A stretch of 64,000 bases of DNA, taken from NCBI GenBank assembly GCA_951406725.2, contig OX597817.1, positions 57,474,001-57,538,000 of the forward strand, written 5' to 3'. Under the pieces are notes generated by a model. That model saw nothing but the letters and a program-made list of their open reading frames with translations, was not told the origin of the DNA and searched no databases. Below are positions 26,495-40,433 of this stretch, in pieces. How positions within the stretch are numbered: position 1 is the stretch's first letter; each line of letters begins with the position of its first letter. Origin of the DNA: Octopus vulgaris (taxonomy: Eukaryota). A program made the translations under genes and the position numbers.

Positions 26495-26597
26495 TTAACT
26501 ATTTATCTGTCTGTCTATTTATCTATCTATCTGTCTGTCTGTCTATCTATGTCTATCTTTGTCTGTCTGTATGCCGGTCTATCTATCTGTCTATCTA
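26200..26597. repeat. (TCTA/TCTG)n tetranucleotide microsatellite
   Basis: Direct reading. Confidence 0.95.
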
Positions 26598-28242
26598 CAT
26601 AATGACATCAGTTGTTGATTAGCTCCAAACGAACCCTAAATGAGCAGCCCTATTGCAACAACGAAAATAAAACCATGCAACTATCAATAACATCATTCTG
26701 TTCCACTTTCTCTAAATCAAAATCTTCATTTTCATTCCAGGCGGAAAACGTAATTATAAAAGGCAAACAAAATATCATTTATTTATGAATTTCAATTACA
26801 AACGGATTACGTTTAAACACCTATATATTCATCTACCTGGTCATTATCATTTGAATTGGAAACGTCGGGTGAACGTTATTAGACAAATTGATTAGGAAAT
26901 CAGAAACCAAAAACGTTTCCGTAAAATTTGAAATGCGGTTGATTTATAAATTTTTTTGATGAAATCATAATTCCACACACAAACAACATATACATTTATA
27001 TTTATATATTTAATTACCTGGACATCATTTAAATTAAAATGATTATAAGAAAGTAACACAGAACTGCGATATTAAATCTTTCTCTGTTCATTACTTTAAA
27101 TAAAAAGCCCAATTCTTTTAATATTGAATAAAACATTTTCAGTATTTTACAGTACAGCAGAAGCTGACCTATGATCAACGACACTCCAACCGTGACTATT
27201 TTCTCCACTCTTTCCTTTTCCGTCTATGTCATCTTATTTTACATAGTAGGATGTGGTCTGAATGAGATTTTGGCTGTTGTTTCTGAGAGGCTCCCTCACC
27301 ATCCATACTTCTAGCGATCTCTCTCCCCTCCCTCCCTCTATCTCTCTCTCTCTCTCCCTCTTTAACTTGAATTGCTTATTTAACTGTACCGCCCCGAACT
27401 CAAGAGGAGCCTGTGGTGGTCGCTCGACATGCTAGAAATAGCAGTCAGATCTCCCTCAAATTATACATCATACAGTCTCGAAAAAAAAAATGAAAAAGAA
27501 AAGGATCCTTTGAACAATATACCCAAATATGCAAACTGACAAGGTTGTCATGGTTGGAACACCTTTGATCCGGGCTCACTCCAGTAAATAACCGCTCATC
27601 CACACATCTCATTTCACTGTCTTTAGCCTTGCTATTATTTCTACATGGATATATAGTCTGTTTTTTTTCTCTCTTCTACCTTTGTTACTGTCATCAAAGA
27701 TGTGAGGGAGAGAGAGAGGGAGACAGACAGACAGAAACAGAGACAAATAGGGAGTGTGTATGTGTGTGTGTACGCTTAACGTCAGCCAGATGGACCGTAG
27801 TGATCAGTCAAGAGTCTCTCAAACTCCAGTGGGGAGAGAAAGAGAGAGAAAGGAACTGTGAGTGAGAGGTGTGAAACACAAAGCCCTGAACGAGAGAGAG
27901 AGGGTCAAGAAAAAAAAGAGAAAAACATGGTTTATAGAGGGACGAGAAGATGAGAACAAACAACAATGGCGATAAAAGTTATTTAACCACAGGTCGGTCC
28001 TCAACCAGTAGACATATGATCAATGATATTCCAAAGGTGACCATTCCATCATTTATTCGGACATATGGGTGCATGCATGGCTGTTTGCTTCCCAACCACA
28101 TGACTCCGGGTTCATTCCCACTGCATGGCACCTTGGGCCAAATGTCTTTTACCAAAGCCTGAGGTTGACCAATACCTAGTCAGTGGATTTGGGAGACAGA
28201 AACTGAAGGAAACCCATTGTGTGTGTATATATATATATATAT

Positions 28243-28630
28243 TAGGTTGTTGAGAAAGTTCTTGCGAAATTTTAAAATACATCATTTTGGTTTTAAATTA
28301 TGTATTTTCAAAATTATTTTAAAGCTTGTTTGAATTTGTTCTATCTAAATCGTGTTGCCCTTTTTCCTTTTGAATAATTAGGCCATTTTTTCCGGAATGT
28401 TGAATACAACATGGACAAAAGGCAAATTCGCACAATTTTCTTATTCCAGTTCAAGCTAGGCTGAAAAGCTACTGATATAACAGCTCACGATATCAACAAT
28501 GCGTTTGACCCAGCAACCACTAATGAACGTACAGCACAATGGTATTCAAGAAATTTCATAGCGGTGACGATAGTCTAGAAGATGATAAACGTAGTGGTCG
28601 GCCATCGGATGTTGACAGCAATCAACTAAG
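28243..28630 (+). mobile_element. Mariner 5' remnant (Hsmar1/cecropia-like N-terminus)
   Basis: TIR-like TTAGGTTGTTGAGAAAGTT after TA; MDKRQIRTIFLFQFKLG*KA...SLEDDKRSGRPSDVD. Confidence 0.75.
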
Positions 28631-28679
28631 AATTCATGCAAGAATTTATTCAAAAACAACAACAACTATTCTTCAAAAT

Positions 28680-29050
28680 AAAGACCATCATTTTCTATGA
28701 ATTTCTGCCAACGATCTGCAAGCTTTCGGATTTGGTCAAAGTACCAATCCTTTGGCTTTGAATCAAAAAACTCTTGACAGGCTTCTTCAACTTCATTGAG
28801 TGACTCAAATCGGTAACCTTTCATAAAGTGTTGCATTGATTGGAAGAGACCTTAGTCAGATGGAGCAACGTCCGGCTGGATGTGGCAGAACTTCTACACC
28901 GTCCAGTTCTTCAATCTTGGTGCTGGTCTTTCTGGCAGTGTGTAGCTTTGCATTGTCTTGTTGAAACAAAGCTCGTTTTTTGATGAACAAGTCTCGAGTA
29001 CTTTTCAACAGTGAGTCACCATTGGACATGACATGAACTGAATGAACATA
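28680..29050 (-). mobile_element. Mariner catalytic-domain remnant
   Basis: LFQQDNAKLHTAR...VEVLPHP followed by frameshifted PDVAPSD. Confidence 0.75.
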
Positions 29051-29479
29051 CACACAACAAAAATATATAATTCTTTATTTTAGCAAACCCAGAATGACAA
29101 AAAGCAAAGAAGACTTCGGTGAGATTTGAACTCAGAACATAAAGGGATACTGGTTTCAAAAGGGGTTAAGTTACCCACACCCCTGAAATATTGGCCTGAA
29201 GCCAGCAATTTCAAGGGAGGGCATAAGTCGATTACACTGACCCTGATGTTTAACTGCTACTTATGTTATCAACCCTGAAACAATGAAAGGCAAAGTTGAC
29301 CTCAGTAGAATTTGAACTCAGAACCTAAAGACAAACAAAATTTGGCCAAGCATTTTGCTCAGCATGCTAATGGTTCCACCAACTCCACCACCTTATATTC
29401 CCAAGGTGTCACACAGTGGGACTGAACACAGAACCATGCAGTTGGCAAGCAAGTTTCTTATCACACAGTCACACCTGTG

Positions 29480-29521
<42 letters not shown>

Positions 29522-31594
29522 GATTCTTTCAGTTTCTGTCTACTAAATCCACTCACTAGAAATTGGTTGACCCGAGGTTAAAGTAAAAGACACTTGCCCA
29601 AGGTGCCACGCAATGGTACTGAACCTGGAATCATATGGTTGGGAAGCAAGCTTCTTACCACACAGCCACTCCTGTACCTATAAATATTTCTACACATTTT
29701 CCATGGAGTTGGCTCTCTTTCTTTTTCTAATTTTTCCCTCTCATTTTCTCTTATTCTACATCATCTTATCCTTCTTTTTCTCCCCTTTCATCTTTCTTAT
29801 CCCCACTGCCCTCCCCACCATAGTGACAATATCTCCATCAATAAGTCTTTGTGACAAGAAATCATTGAACAGCTGAATGGTTAGCACCATCACCACTGAA
29901 CCAAACAACATCTCTACCATGCCAAGCCATTTCACCACCAGGCCATACCATCTCTCGGCCATTTCAAACCACCACCATCCCGACACTACATCTAACCATC
30001 ACACGACTACATCAAACACCAATACCAAACAGTATCTCCATACCATTATACCTCTCCACAACCATCCCATTCCATTCTATACCAAACGCCACCATTCTAC
30101 AGCAACACCACCAACACTATACTGCCAAGCTATCATACCATTCGCCACCCCCATCACTACCCCACTGCATCAGACTCTGCCTGACCGTTCAAAACTACCA
30201 AAACATCAGATCATGAATGAAAGCCCCCATATCACAAATATGATCAGTTATTGATTATGGAAGTAGATAGATTCCTTCAACAAGACACTCAAATCTAGCA
30301 ACCACCCACCCACCTCTCTCTCTCCTCCCGTTGCATCTGTCTTCCTTATCTAATCCTCCATCAATCTCCCTCTGCTTCCCATTCACTCTTTCAGACTCCA
30401 CTTGAACCTACTTCCTTTCCTTCATAGGACAGCAACCACATTGACAACATATTGATTTCTACAGCCAGAAAAGCTTTTACACTTCTCTCTCTCTTACTTT
30501 CTCCATATATAATATATAAAAATAAATATGAGAGCGATAGTACTATTGAAATACCAGCTGAATACCAGCCGTACAGGCAAATTAACAAAATATACAAATA
30601 TATCATCTGGTTCGCCAGTCATCAGTCAAATCGTCCAACCCATGCTAGCATGGAAAGCGGACGTTAAACGATGATGATGATGATGATGATATATATATAC
30701 ACACACACACACACACATACAAAGGTGGTACTTAATGAGTACCTGCATAGCTAAAAATAGAAGTTAGAAATACTTCTGTGCCATGTGCTGACCTAGCAGA
30801 GGTAAGACAATTTCATTGTTCTTTAGAATTTTTTTCCTACCATGCCTATGTTATATATATATATATCTGTTAATTGGACAATAAACCTTGCTTGTGAAGA
30901 CCTATTGAGGAAAGTGAAATCAAATCAAAATCGCTGACGTGGCTGATGACAGTTCCGCCTGATTGGCACTTGTGCCAGTGGAATGTTAAAAACACAGCCA
31001 AGCATGATCGTTGCCAGGGCCATGAATTGGCTCCCATGCCGGTGACACATAAAAAGCACCATTCGAGCGCGATCATTGCCAGCTTCGCCCGACCGGCACA
31101 TGTGCCGGTGGCACGTGGAAAAAAAAGACTTTTGAGTGTGGTCATTGCCAGTGCCGCTTGACTGGTTCCCGTGCAGGTGGCACGTAAAAAACACATTTTG
31201 AGCATGGTCGTTGCCAGAACCACCTACAGAGTATTAAATCATGCGTTCAGGTTGTCTCTACAGAATCCAGCTGTAGAAACTCTGCCAGATCAGATTGAAG
31301 CCCGGTGCAGCCTTCTGGCTTGTCAGTCCTCAGTCAAACCATCCAACCCATGCCAGCATGGAAAGCAGACGTTAAATGACGATGATGATGATGCTGATGA
31401 TAATGATGAATTTGTTCCCAGAGATCGCTCATAAAGTGAAAACTTCTAAAGCAGAGCAATAATTTTCCATGGTAGCAATGAAATTTTGTGCCATCATTTT
31501 ACTCCAGTGCTGTGTAGATACATCAGAACCAGCATTGCCACATGTTGCAACATTGCCACACACACACAAAATGGTTGTTGAACCTCTTTACATT

Positions 31595-31883
31595 ATTTGC
31601 ATTTGACGGATATTTGTCCTCATCTTGTTTGTTGTTAACACAACGTTTCAGCTGATTTACCCTCCAGCCTTCATCAGGTGTCTTGGAGAAATATCGAACC
31701 TGGGTTCTCATTCCTAAGGTATTTTTCAAAGTTATTATCATTATTATTATTATTGAGTGAGAGAGCAGTTCATGCCATCAAAGTGACACTGGGGTAAAAT
31801 ATACAAAGCCCAATATACCCATCATGACTACCCGTCTGATAAGGGTACACCAGGCACATGCATCACAACCATATGTGCGCAAC

Positions 31884-31918
<35 letters not shown>

Positions 31919-31998
31919 TCACTGCCTGGAATCAAACTCGGAATCTTGGGGTTAGTAGCCAGTGCTCTTAACCACTCCGCCATATGCCCACGGGCATT
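31595..31998 (-). mobile_element. tRNA-headed SINE-like element with (AAT)n middle and hammerhead-containing tail, interrupted by a nested insert at 31755-31885
   Basis: A box TGGCGGAGTGG, B-box-like GAGTTTGATTCC, flanking direct repeat TTTACATT at 31587-31594 and 31999-32006. Confidence 0.6.
31637..31682 (-). ncRNA. Minimal type I hammerhead ribozyme motif (Penelope-type)
   Basis: Minus strand GACAC CUGAUGA A GGCUG-gagggUaaaU-CAGCU GAAA C GUU GUGUU: stem I GACAC/GUGUU, canonical core, stem II, palindromic AACGUU in place of stem III. Confidence 0.7.
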
Positions 31999-32469
31999 TT
32001 TACATTTATTATCAAATAAAACCTGTAAACTGTGGGTCTCGTAAAACAGGTCCTCATACAGTGAGATATTACTGTATTATTAATGTTGTTAGTGCTGTTG
32101 TTGTTGTTTAGATCCAGGTCAGTTCTGGTTCTCCAGCCCCACCACAATCAAAGACAATAATAGCCATGGTCAGTCCATCTGCCATTTATGTTTTTTTCCA
32201 GGTGATATATTTAAGGCCGCATACACTTTCCGATATTCTCTGCCGTTCAGGGGCAGTTTGAGGATGACTCGGCTGCCATTACTTCCAGGTTGTGTGATTT
32301 GGATGAAGGCTCCCTCATTGGTGACAGGACAGGCACAGTAAATGCTGGAGTGTTGCATGGTGATGTCAGAACCACATCGTAAATGCCATCCGAGACATTG
32401 CCATAGATAACAGCACACAGGCACAAAGAACATCAGAGACAGTGGAATGGAGAATATCAGAACACACTG

Positions 32470-32661
32470 ACAGCATCATCATCATCATCATCATCATCAT
32501 CACTACCACCACCACCATCATCATCATAATCATCACCACCACTTACATCACTGTAAACATTATTATCATCAAGCATCATCATCATCATTATTGTCATTAT
32601 CATCTCCATCACCACCACCACCATCATTGTCGTCATCATCATCACCATCATTACCATCACC

Positions 32662-32692
<31 letters not shown>

Positions 32693-32765
32693 TCAACAAC
32701 AACAACCACCACCACATCATCACTGTCATCACCATCATCATCATCTCCCCCACCGTCACCATCAC
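32470..32765. repeat. (CAT/CAC)n trinucleotide microsatellite; similar tracts at 53390-53500 and 62240-62540
   Basis: Direct reading. Confidence 0.9.
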
Positions 32766-33445
32766 AGAGAATAACATGATCTACAACCATCGTTTACCAG
32801 GATTAATTACACATAAAGCCACTTGTCAATGAGTTGAAGAGATATCTTTGAAATATTCCATTCCGGTTCCTCAAGAAGAAGCACAAGTGGCATTCTATTT
32901 GAGGAATCAATATTCTTCAATTGATCTTCGTTAAGCTATAGAACATATTAGATGCGTGGCTTCGTTAGATTTTTCTAGTTTTGTAGACTGAAGTTGTTTG
33001 TTGTTGTGAGGAGTGTGGGTGGGAGGGCATAAACATGGAGGAGATCTGCTTCTTGTTGTTGATGTTGTTGGTGTTGTTGTTTTTGTTGTGAGGTTGTTGA
33101 TGTTTGCATATCACTGGGAAATTCAAACGTATTGGTGTTAATACTGTACTTAGCTTATATACAAACACACGCATATGTACAAAGAAGTTTTGATACAAAC
33201 AGACAAGTCGTGTGTGTGTGTGTGAATATATATATATATATATATATATCATCATCATGGCTATATATATACATATATTAGCCACTACACACATTTTTTT
33301 CTCTCCTTGTTTTTTTGTGTCCCTTTCTGTAGAAGAGCATAGGCTCGAAATGTAAAAGACTTTTTCTCTTCCTGAGCATTACACTAATACATCTGTTTGT
33401 TTTGTACACCACCTGTCTTCGTCTTTTGTTTTTTTCGTAAACTCT

Positions 33446-33497
<52 letters not shown>

Positions 33498-35247
33498 TTA
33501 TATACATATATGTATTTATGTGTGTGTATATATACTCTTTTATTCTTTTATTTGTTTCAGTTATTTGACTGCGGCCAAGTCAAGCAAATCAACCCCAGGA
33601 CTTATTCTTTGTAAACCTAGTACTTATTCTATCAGTGTCTTTTGCTGAACTGCTAAGTTACGGGGACATAAGCACACCAGCATAGGTTGTCAAGCAGTGT
33701 TGGGGGGGAAACACAGACACACAAACAAACAAACATACATACATACATACATACGACAGGCTTCTTTCAGTTTCCATCTACCAAATCCACTGACAAGGCT
33801 TTGGTCGGTCTGAGGCTGTAGCAGAAGACACTTGCCCAGGGTGCCACGCAGTGGGATTGAACCCAGAATCATGTAGTTGGTAAGCAAGCTACTTACCACA
33901 CAGCCACTCCTGTGCCTATATGTGCCTACCAGTCATAGATGCTTGTAAAGAATCACAAACAATGCCATAAGAAGAATAAGTGCCTCTGAAGAGACATGAT
34001 GGTCACGGCTGGAGTGCTTTGATTATAAGTAGTTGCACACTTGGAGGATGGCCTGGGGTTAAACAGCAACAATAACAACGATACAGACACCAGACAATGT
34101 GATTCAAACTGCTAGAAATAGCAGCCAGGTTTCCCTCTAATTACACCCACTTGCCTAAGGTGCTGCATAGTGGAACTGAACCGGAAAAGCACATGGTTGC
34201 AAAGCAAGCTCCTTAACCACAGAGCCGTGAAAATACGGATTGTTCAAAAACTACATTTGTACATAAACAGTTGTTCCAATTTCACTGTTGACTTTAGAAA
34301 GATTCCTACCCCGATATCCTATTAAAATACATGGGAACATATTTAGGTTTCTTATCATTAAAATGAAATAAAATCTATGACAAAAATTTTCCAGGGCATT
34401 AGCCTCACCCTTGGAGTGCAGAATTACAGTGTTTATGGGGTGTGTGTATACATACACATATATATAAACAAGGAGTGCTCAATAAAGGTTGTAGAGGATA
34501 TGGGTTTATTTTATTGAGACTGAAACTTAGAGTTTGTCTTGTGACTCGAGTTTCCTGTCAATGCAATCTTCAGGCAAAATGGTTACAACTCAATGTACAT
34601 ACATATATGTTGCTTAAGTATATCATCATCATCGTCGTAGTCATCACTGTCATCGTCACCATCGTCATTATCATTTTAATGTCCACTTTCTTCCCATCCT
34701 TGCATAGGTCAGATGGAATGTGTTGAGCTAGACTTTCTGTGGCTGGATGCCTTTCCTGTGACCATCCCTCGCTTGGTTCCAAACAAACTAATATTTCCTC
34801 ATCACCGGACATGTTTCACGCAAGACTGGAAATGAACCACATTGTAAGCCCGTGACAATCACACTCATTTACAACAAGAACACACACACACATCTTTTAA
34901 CTTTTACTTGTTTCAGTCATTAGACAGTGGCCATTCTGGGACACCGCTGCCTTGAAGAATATTTAGCCTTTCGAATCAACCCCAGTACTTATTTTTTTCA
35001 GTCTGGTACCTGGTAGGCATTTTACCACACAGCCATGTGTGGTAAAAGAGACATTTTTAGTTTCTTTAAACCAAATCCACTCACAAGGCTTTTTTTTCAC
35101 TTCAAGACTGCGGTAGAAGACACTTGCCCAATTAAGATGATAAGAAATATTTTTGGAAAAGTATGATGGTCATGCTTGGAACCCCTTTCAATAAATAGAT
35201 AGACAGACAAATAGACAGATAGATATTCATATATACATATATATATA

Positions 35248-35815
35248 CGAGGGTGAGTCAAAAAGTAATGCCATTTTGTTTAGGACAGGTATAATTATCA
35301 ACACAGGAACATGTATCATACATCAAAATGAAGCTGGTCCTCTGTGGATCACATCCCTACTTCTAAACATAATCACCGTATCTCTCAATAGCAATGTTCC
35401 ACCTTCGAATGAGAGCATGTATCCCTGCCCCGTAAAATTCTATAGACTGTTCTTTGAGCCACTTCTTCACTACAGTTTTCACTTCCTTGTCACTGGAATA
35501 ATTTAGTGCCTTCAGACTATCATCTCTTCAGCCCCATGAAAGAGGGTTTGAGAGGCAAACATTATTCCAGTGACAAGGAAGTGAAAACTGTAGTGAAGAA
35601 GTGACTCAAAGAACAGTCAACAGAATTTTATGGGACAGGGATACATGCTCTCATTCGAAGGTAGAACATTGCTATTGAGAGAAACGGTGACTATGTTGAG
35701 AAGTAGGGATGTGATCCACAGAGGACCAGCTTCATTTTGATGTATGATACATGTTTCTGTACTGGTAATTATACCTGTCCTAAACAAAATGGCATTACTA
35801 TTTGACTCACCCTTG
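35248..35815. mobile_element. Mariner-derived fold-back MITE with ~255-bp inverted arms
   Basis: TA|CGAGGGTGAGTCAAAAAGTAATGCC ... GGCATTACTATTTGACTCACCCTTG|TA; the right half encodes decayed PSDYHLF...NGDYVEK*. Confidence 0.9.
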
Positions 35816-35871
<56 letters not shown>

Positions 35872-36196
35872 CTTATGGGAACAGTCATAGGAACAAACAA
35901 CAACAGATATATTTAGTGGTTACCAGAAATTTAGAAGCTAAATCTCCCTCAAATCACAACATAGCGTCTCAATGAATACGCACGAATGATATAATGTACT
36001 CCTAGATACACTTCGACAGGGAAAAAGAAAAGACAAGACTGTTAGGAACAGAATGCCTTTGGGCATACATCTTTGACATGTCAGCACTGACTTTAATCGT
36101 TTATTTTGTTTAGCATCACCATCTGGGTTTAGGGGTCACTTTCTTTGCAAGCATGTGGGTCAGGTAGTCCAGTTTGAGGAGAATTGCTTCCCTTAC

Positions 36197-36255
36197 CTCA
36201 GCCAGTTTCTTGGGCCCTGAAGACAGCAATGAGTGGGGACATTGCTCTTCTTCCT
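36197..36255 (-). CDS. Candidate 59-nt exon, phase 0 to 2 (RKKSNVPTHCCLQGPRNWL-R)
   Basis: Pyrimidine tract plus TAG acceptor, donor GAG|GTAAGG, open frame; splice signals only. Confidence 0.2.
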
Positions 36256-36968
36256 CTAAGATATTAAGAAAAACAAACTGGCTCAAAAATAAAAATTTGA
36301 ACAGGGACAGGGGACTTTTTTTAGTGCCAAGGGTGAAGTGCAAACAGGCAATAACCTGTGGGGTACAGCAGTACTGAGGAAAAGACGAAATCTTTAATTT
36401 TACAAGTCTTGAGTTTAACAGCTTGTATAGAATTACCGTTTTGGTTGTAAGGTTTCAAGAGTTTCTTTCCCTCTGAGTATTTTAGAGACTTTGTCAGCAG
36501 GAGGTTTCAAATATGAATGTGGGTGAGGGGGTCCTTCACCATTCTGTGTGTGTGTATGTATGTGTGAGAGAAAGGGAAAAAGAGAACGCAGTGGAAATTA
36601 TATGGGTCACAAGTGAACGGTTCATGTTTGAGATGTGGTGGTGGTGGTGAGTAAATAATGAAGCAAGAACATGATAAAATTAGGTTAAATGTGACACAGT
36701 TTGATTGAGTATAAGGAAACGGAGAAAGAGATCATATTTCTGGGAGGAACAGCATGGGTGTGTGCTTAAGAAGTTTGCTTCACAACCACATGCTCTCAGG
36801 TTCAATTTCACTGTGCGGCATCTTCAGCAAGTGTCTTTTATAGCTAGCCTCACATGCAAACCTGGAAGTACATATAACAGTACTACTCAATAGCACAGGG
36901 TAAATCTGAAGGCGAATGAGCTCTATACTCTATTCTACTATGTTCTTAATAGAATATACCATAACTAC

Positions 36969-37023
<55 letters not shown>

Positions 37024-37930
37024 TTTCTAATTTCTCCCTCTGTTTATTTCTATGTTCCATTCTGTTAAAGAGCATAGGCTCAAAACGTAAAAGACTTTCT
37101 CACTTCCCAAGCATTAAACTAATACATCTGTTTGTTTTGTACACCACCTGTCTTCATCTTTTGGGGTTTTTTTTGTAAATTCTCACTATATATATATAGT
37201 GTTACCTGCAAGGGAGCCAGTCGGGTGGCACTGGTGACAACCACGGTCAAATGTTGTTTTTCACGTGCCACCGACAAGTGCTGGTAAGGTGATGCTGTAT
37301 ATATATATATGTGCATGTGTGTATATATATATATGTGTGTGTGTGTGTGTTTGTGTGTGACCCCTCTGTCCAGCATTCGCCATGATAGATCACTAGCCAC
37401 TAAACCTTTTTTATTTTCTTTCCCTGTTTATTTCTGTGTTCCTTTCTGTCAAAATGGTAGGCTCGAAATGTAAAAGACTTTCTCACTTCCCGAGCGTTAA
37501 ACTAATACATCTGTTTGTTGTTTACACACCCATCTTTGTCATTTGTTTTTCTGTAAATTCCAAATATATATATATATATATATATATATACATTCATATA
37601 AATATATATACATATGTACATATATATAGATAGATGAGTTCAACAAAAATTTAGATTCAGATGAATAATTTGAGGCACCAGAATTTAGTATAGTATTATC
37701 ATACAATTTCAAAATAAGGTGATTAAAATCAAAATAAGCAACAAGGATATCCAGAGGTAATGCAGTACGATTGTTTCACGCAACTCCATTTAATTGAACA
37801 ATGCAACCATTACATCAATTTAAATGCATAGTAATCCTCAGCTGCACAAAGACAGAATTTAATTAAATTCTATGTCTTTGTGCAGAATATATGTATGTAT
37901 GTATGTATGCATGTATATATATATGTATGT

Positions 37931-38570
<640 letters not shown>

Positions 38571-38664
38571 TATAGGAGGAGAATTCGCCAAAAAAACAAA
38601 AGACAAAGACAGGTTGTGTAGAGAACAAACAGATGTATTAGTTTAATGCTTGAGAAGTGAAAAA

Positions 38665-38706
38665 GTCTTTAACGTTTCGAGCCTTCACTCTTCCACAGAA
38701 AGGAAC
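38665..38706 (-). ncRNA. Minimal hammerhead-like motif, A6U variant (same family as 361-402)
   Basis: GUUC CUUU CUGUGGA A GAGU GAAG GCUC GAAA C GUU AAAG AC. Confidence 0.5.
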
Positions 38707-40102
38707 ACAGAAAGAAACATATACATATGCAGTGCTCCAGCATGGACACAACCTTTGGGCTGAAACATATAAAACAAATATATATATATATATAAACTTT
38801 TGTGTGTATTTGGATACTAAGCATAAGCTTAAGGCACCTTCGAATTAAATGTTGAATAAACTGAAAGCGCATGGTCCAGTGGTTAGAGCATCGGCCACAC
38901 AATCATGAGGTAGTGAGTTCAATTCCTGGACTGGGCTGCATGTTGTGCTCTTGAGCAAGACACTTTATTTGATATTGCTCCAGTTCTCTCAGCTGTAGAA
39001 ATGAGTTGTGATGTCACTGGTGCCAAGCTGTATCGGCCCCTTTACTTTTCCATTGGCTAAGGAGGTGGCAAGCTGGCAGAAACGTTAGCATGCTGGGCGA
39101 AATGCTTAGCGGTATTTCGTCAGCCGCTATGTTCTGAGTTCAAATTCCGCCAAAGTCGACATTGCCTTCCATCCCTTCAAGATCGATTAAATAAGTACCA
39201 GTTACGCACTAGGTATACTTTATTGTCCAACCCATGCTAGCATGGAAAGTGGACGCTAAACGATGATGATGATGAACATCGGTGGTGTAGAGAAGGGAGG
39301 CTGGCATGCACGGGCAACTGGTCTTCCATAAACAACCTTGCTCAGACTTGTGCCTGGGAGGGGAAATTTCTAGGTGCAATGCCATGGTCAGTCATGACTG
39401 AAACAGGTTCTCACTCTTTTACACCATCCCTTATGGTTGAGAGAACATATTGAGATAACGTCAGTTGTGTCTTGAAAAATACCCCACTAATAGAATTTAC
39501 CACCCAGATTCCTTTTTTATAGTTTTAGTTGTGCACACTCTGAAGATGTGTGGCCTAGTGATTAGGGGTGTCGCACTGATGATCATAAAATCATAGTTTC
39601 AATTCCCTGACCAGGTGGTGCACTGTGTTCTTCATCTAAGTACTTCATTTCATGTTGCTCCAGTTCACTCAGCTGTGAATGAGAATGAGTAATAACTAGG
39701 GAACTAACTCTGTGAGGGACTGACATCCTATTCAGGAGGGAGTGTTGTAACTTCAGTCATTTATACATCATGAAAACCAGGTTAGACTCTGGTCTTATAA
39801 TTCTTCGGGCTCTTGACACATCAAAGAGAAGCCACTCTCAATAGATGATGGCAATACACCTTATATTTATATAACTAATTTCTATTTTAATAAATGATTT
39901 TTCATAAGATATAATGGAGGAGGTTAGTCTTGGCCGATGTTCAAATTAATGTCAACCTGGTTAAACACTGTAGAAGTTATTGTTACGATGCCATTGTTTA
40001 TACTTTATGTAAGAAACAATATTACAGAGCGGAATCATGCCAAAAATATAACAGTTGAACAGAGAGCGTTTTGAGTTTGTGCCATTCTGACTACAGACTT
40101 AC

Positions 40103-40185
40103 CATCTTCCATGAAGGTAATGAATTTTCATCCTGTATTGCGAGGAACTTTTGTGAAAGTCTGAATTTCCTTCATGGTTTTTCAT
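40103..40185 (-). CDS. Candidate alternative first exon (MKNHEGNSDFHKSSSQYRMKIHYLHGR, phase 2) or 5'UTR exon ending in ATG
   Basis: Unique-looking sequence, strong donor ATG|GTAAGT, in-frame TGA two codons upstream of the ATG; no homology support. Confidence 0.3.
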
Positions 40186-40399
40186 ATCTCACAACATGGC
40201 CAACAGGAAGATTCGAATAATGCATGCATTTGGAATCTGAGTCTAGGACATGGAACCATTTTTAAACTGGTGCCCACTCCATTCTTCATACACACATACA
40301 CACACACACATAAATACATATACATATATAGATGCATATATATATAGATATACAAGTATATATATATAGTTATATATAAATATATATAGATATAGATAC

Positions 40400-40433
<34 letters not shown>

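Noticed and set aside
32442-32790. Poly-His/poly-Asp ORFs
   Set aside because: (CAT)n repeat, open in multiple frames, no convincing splice context.
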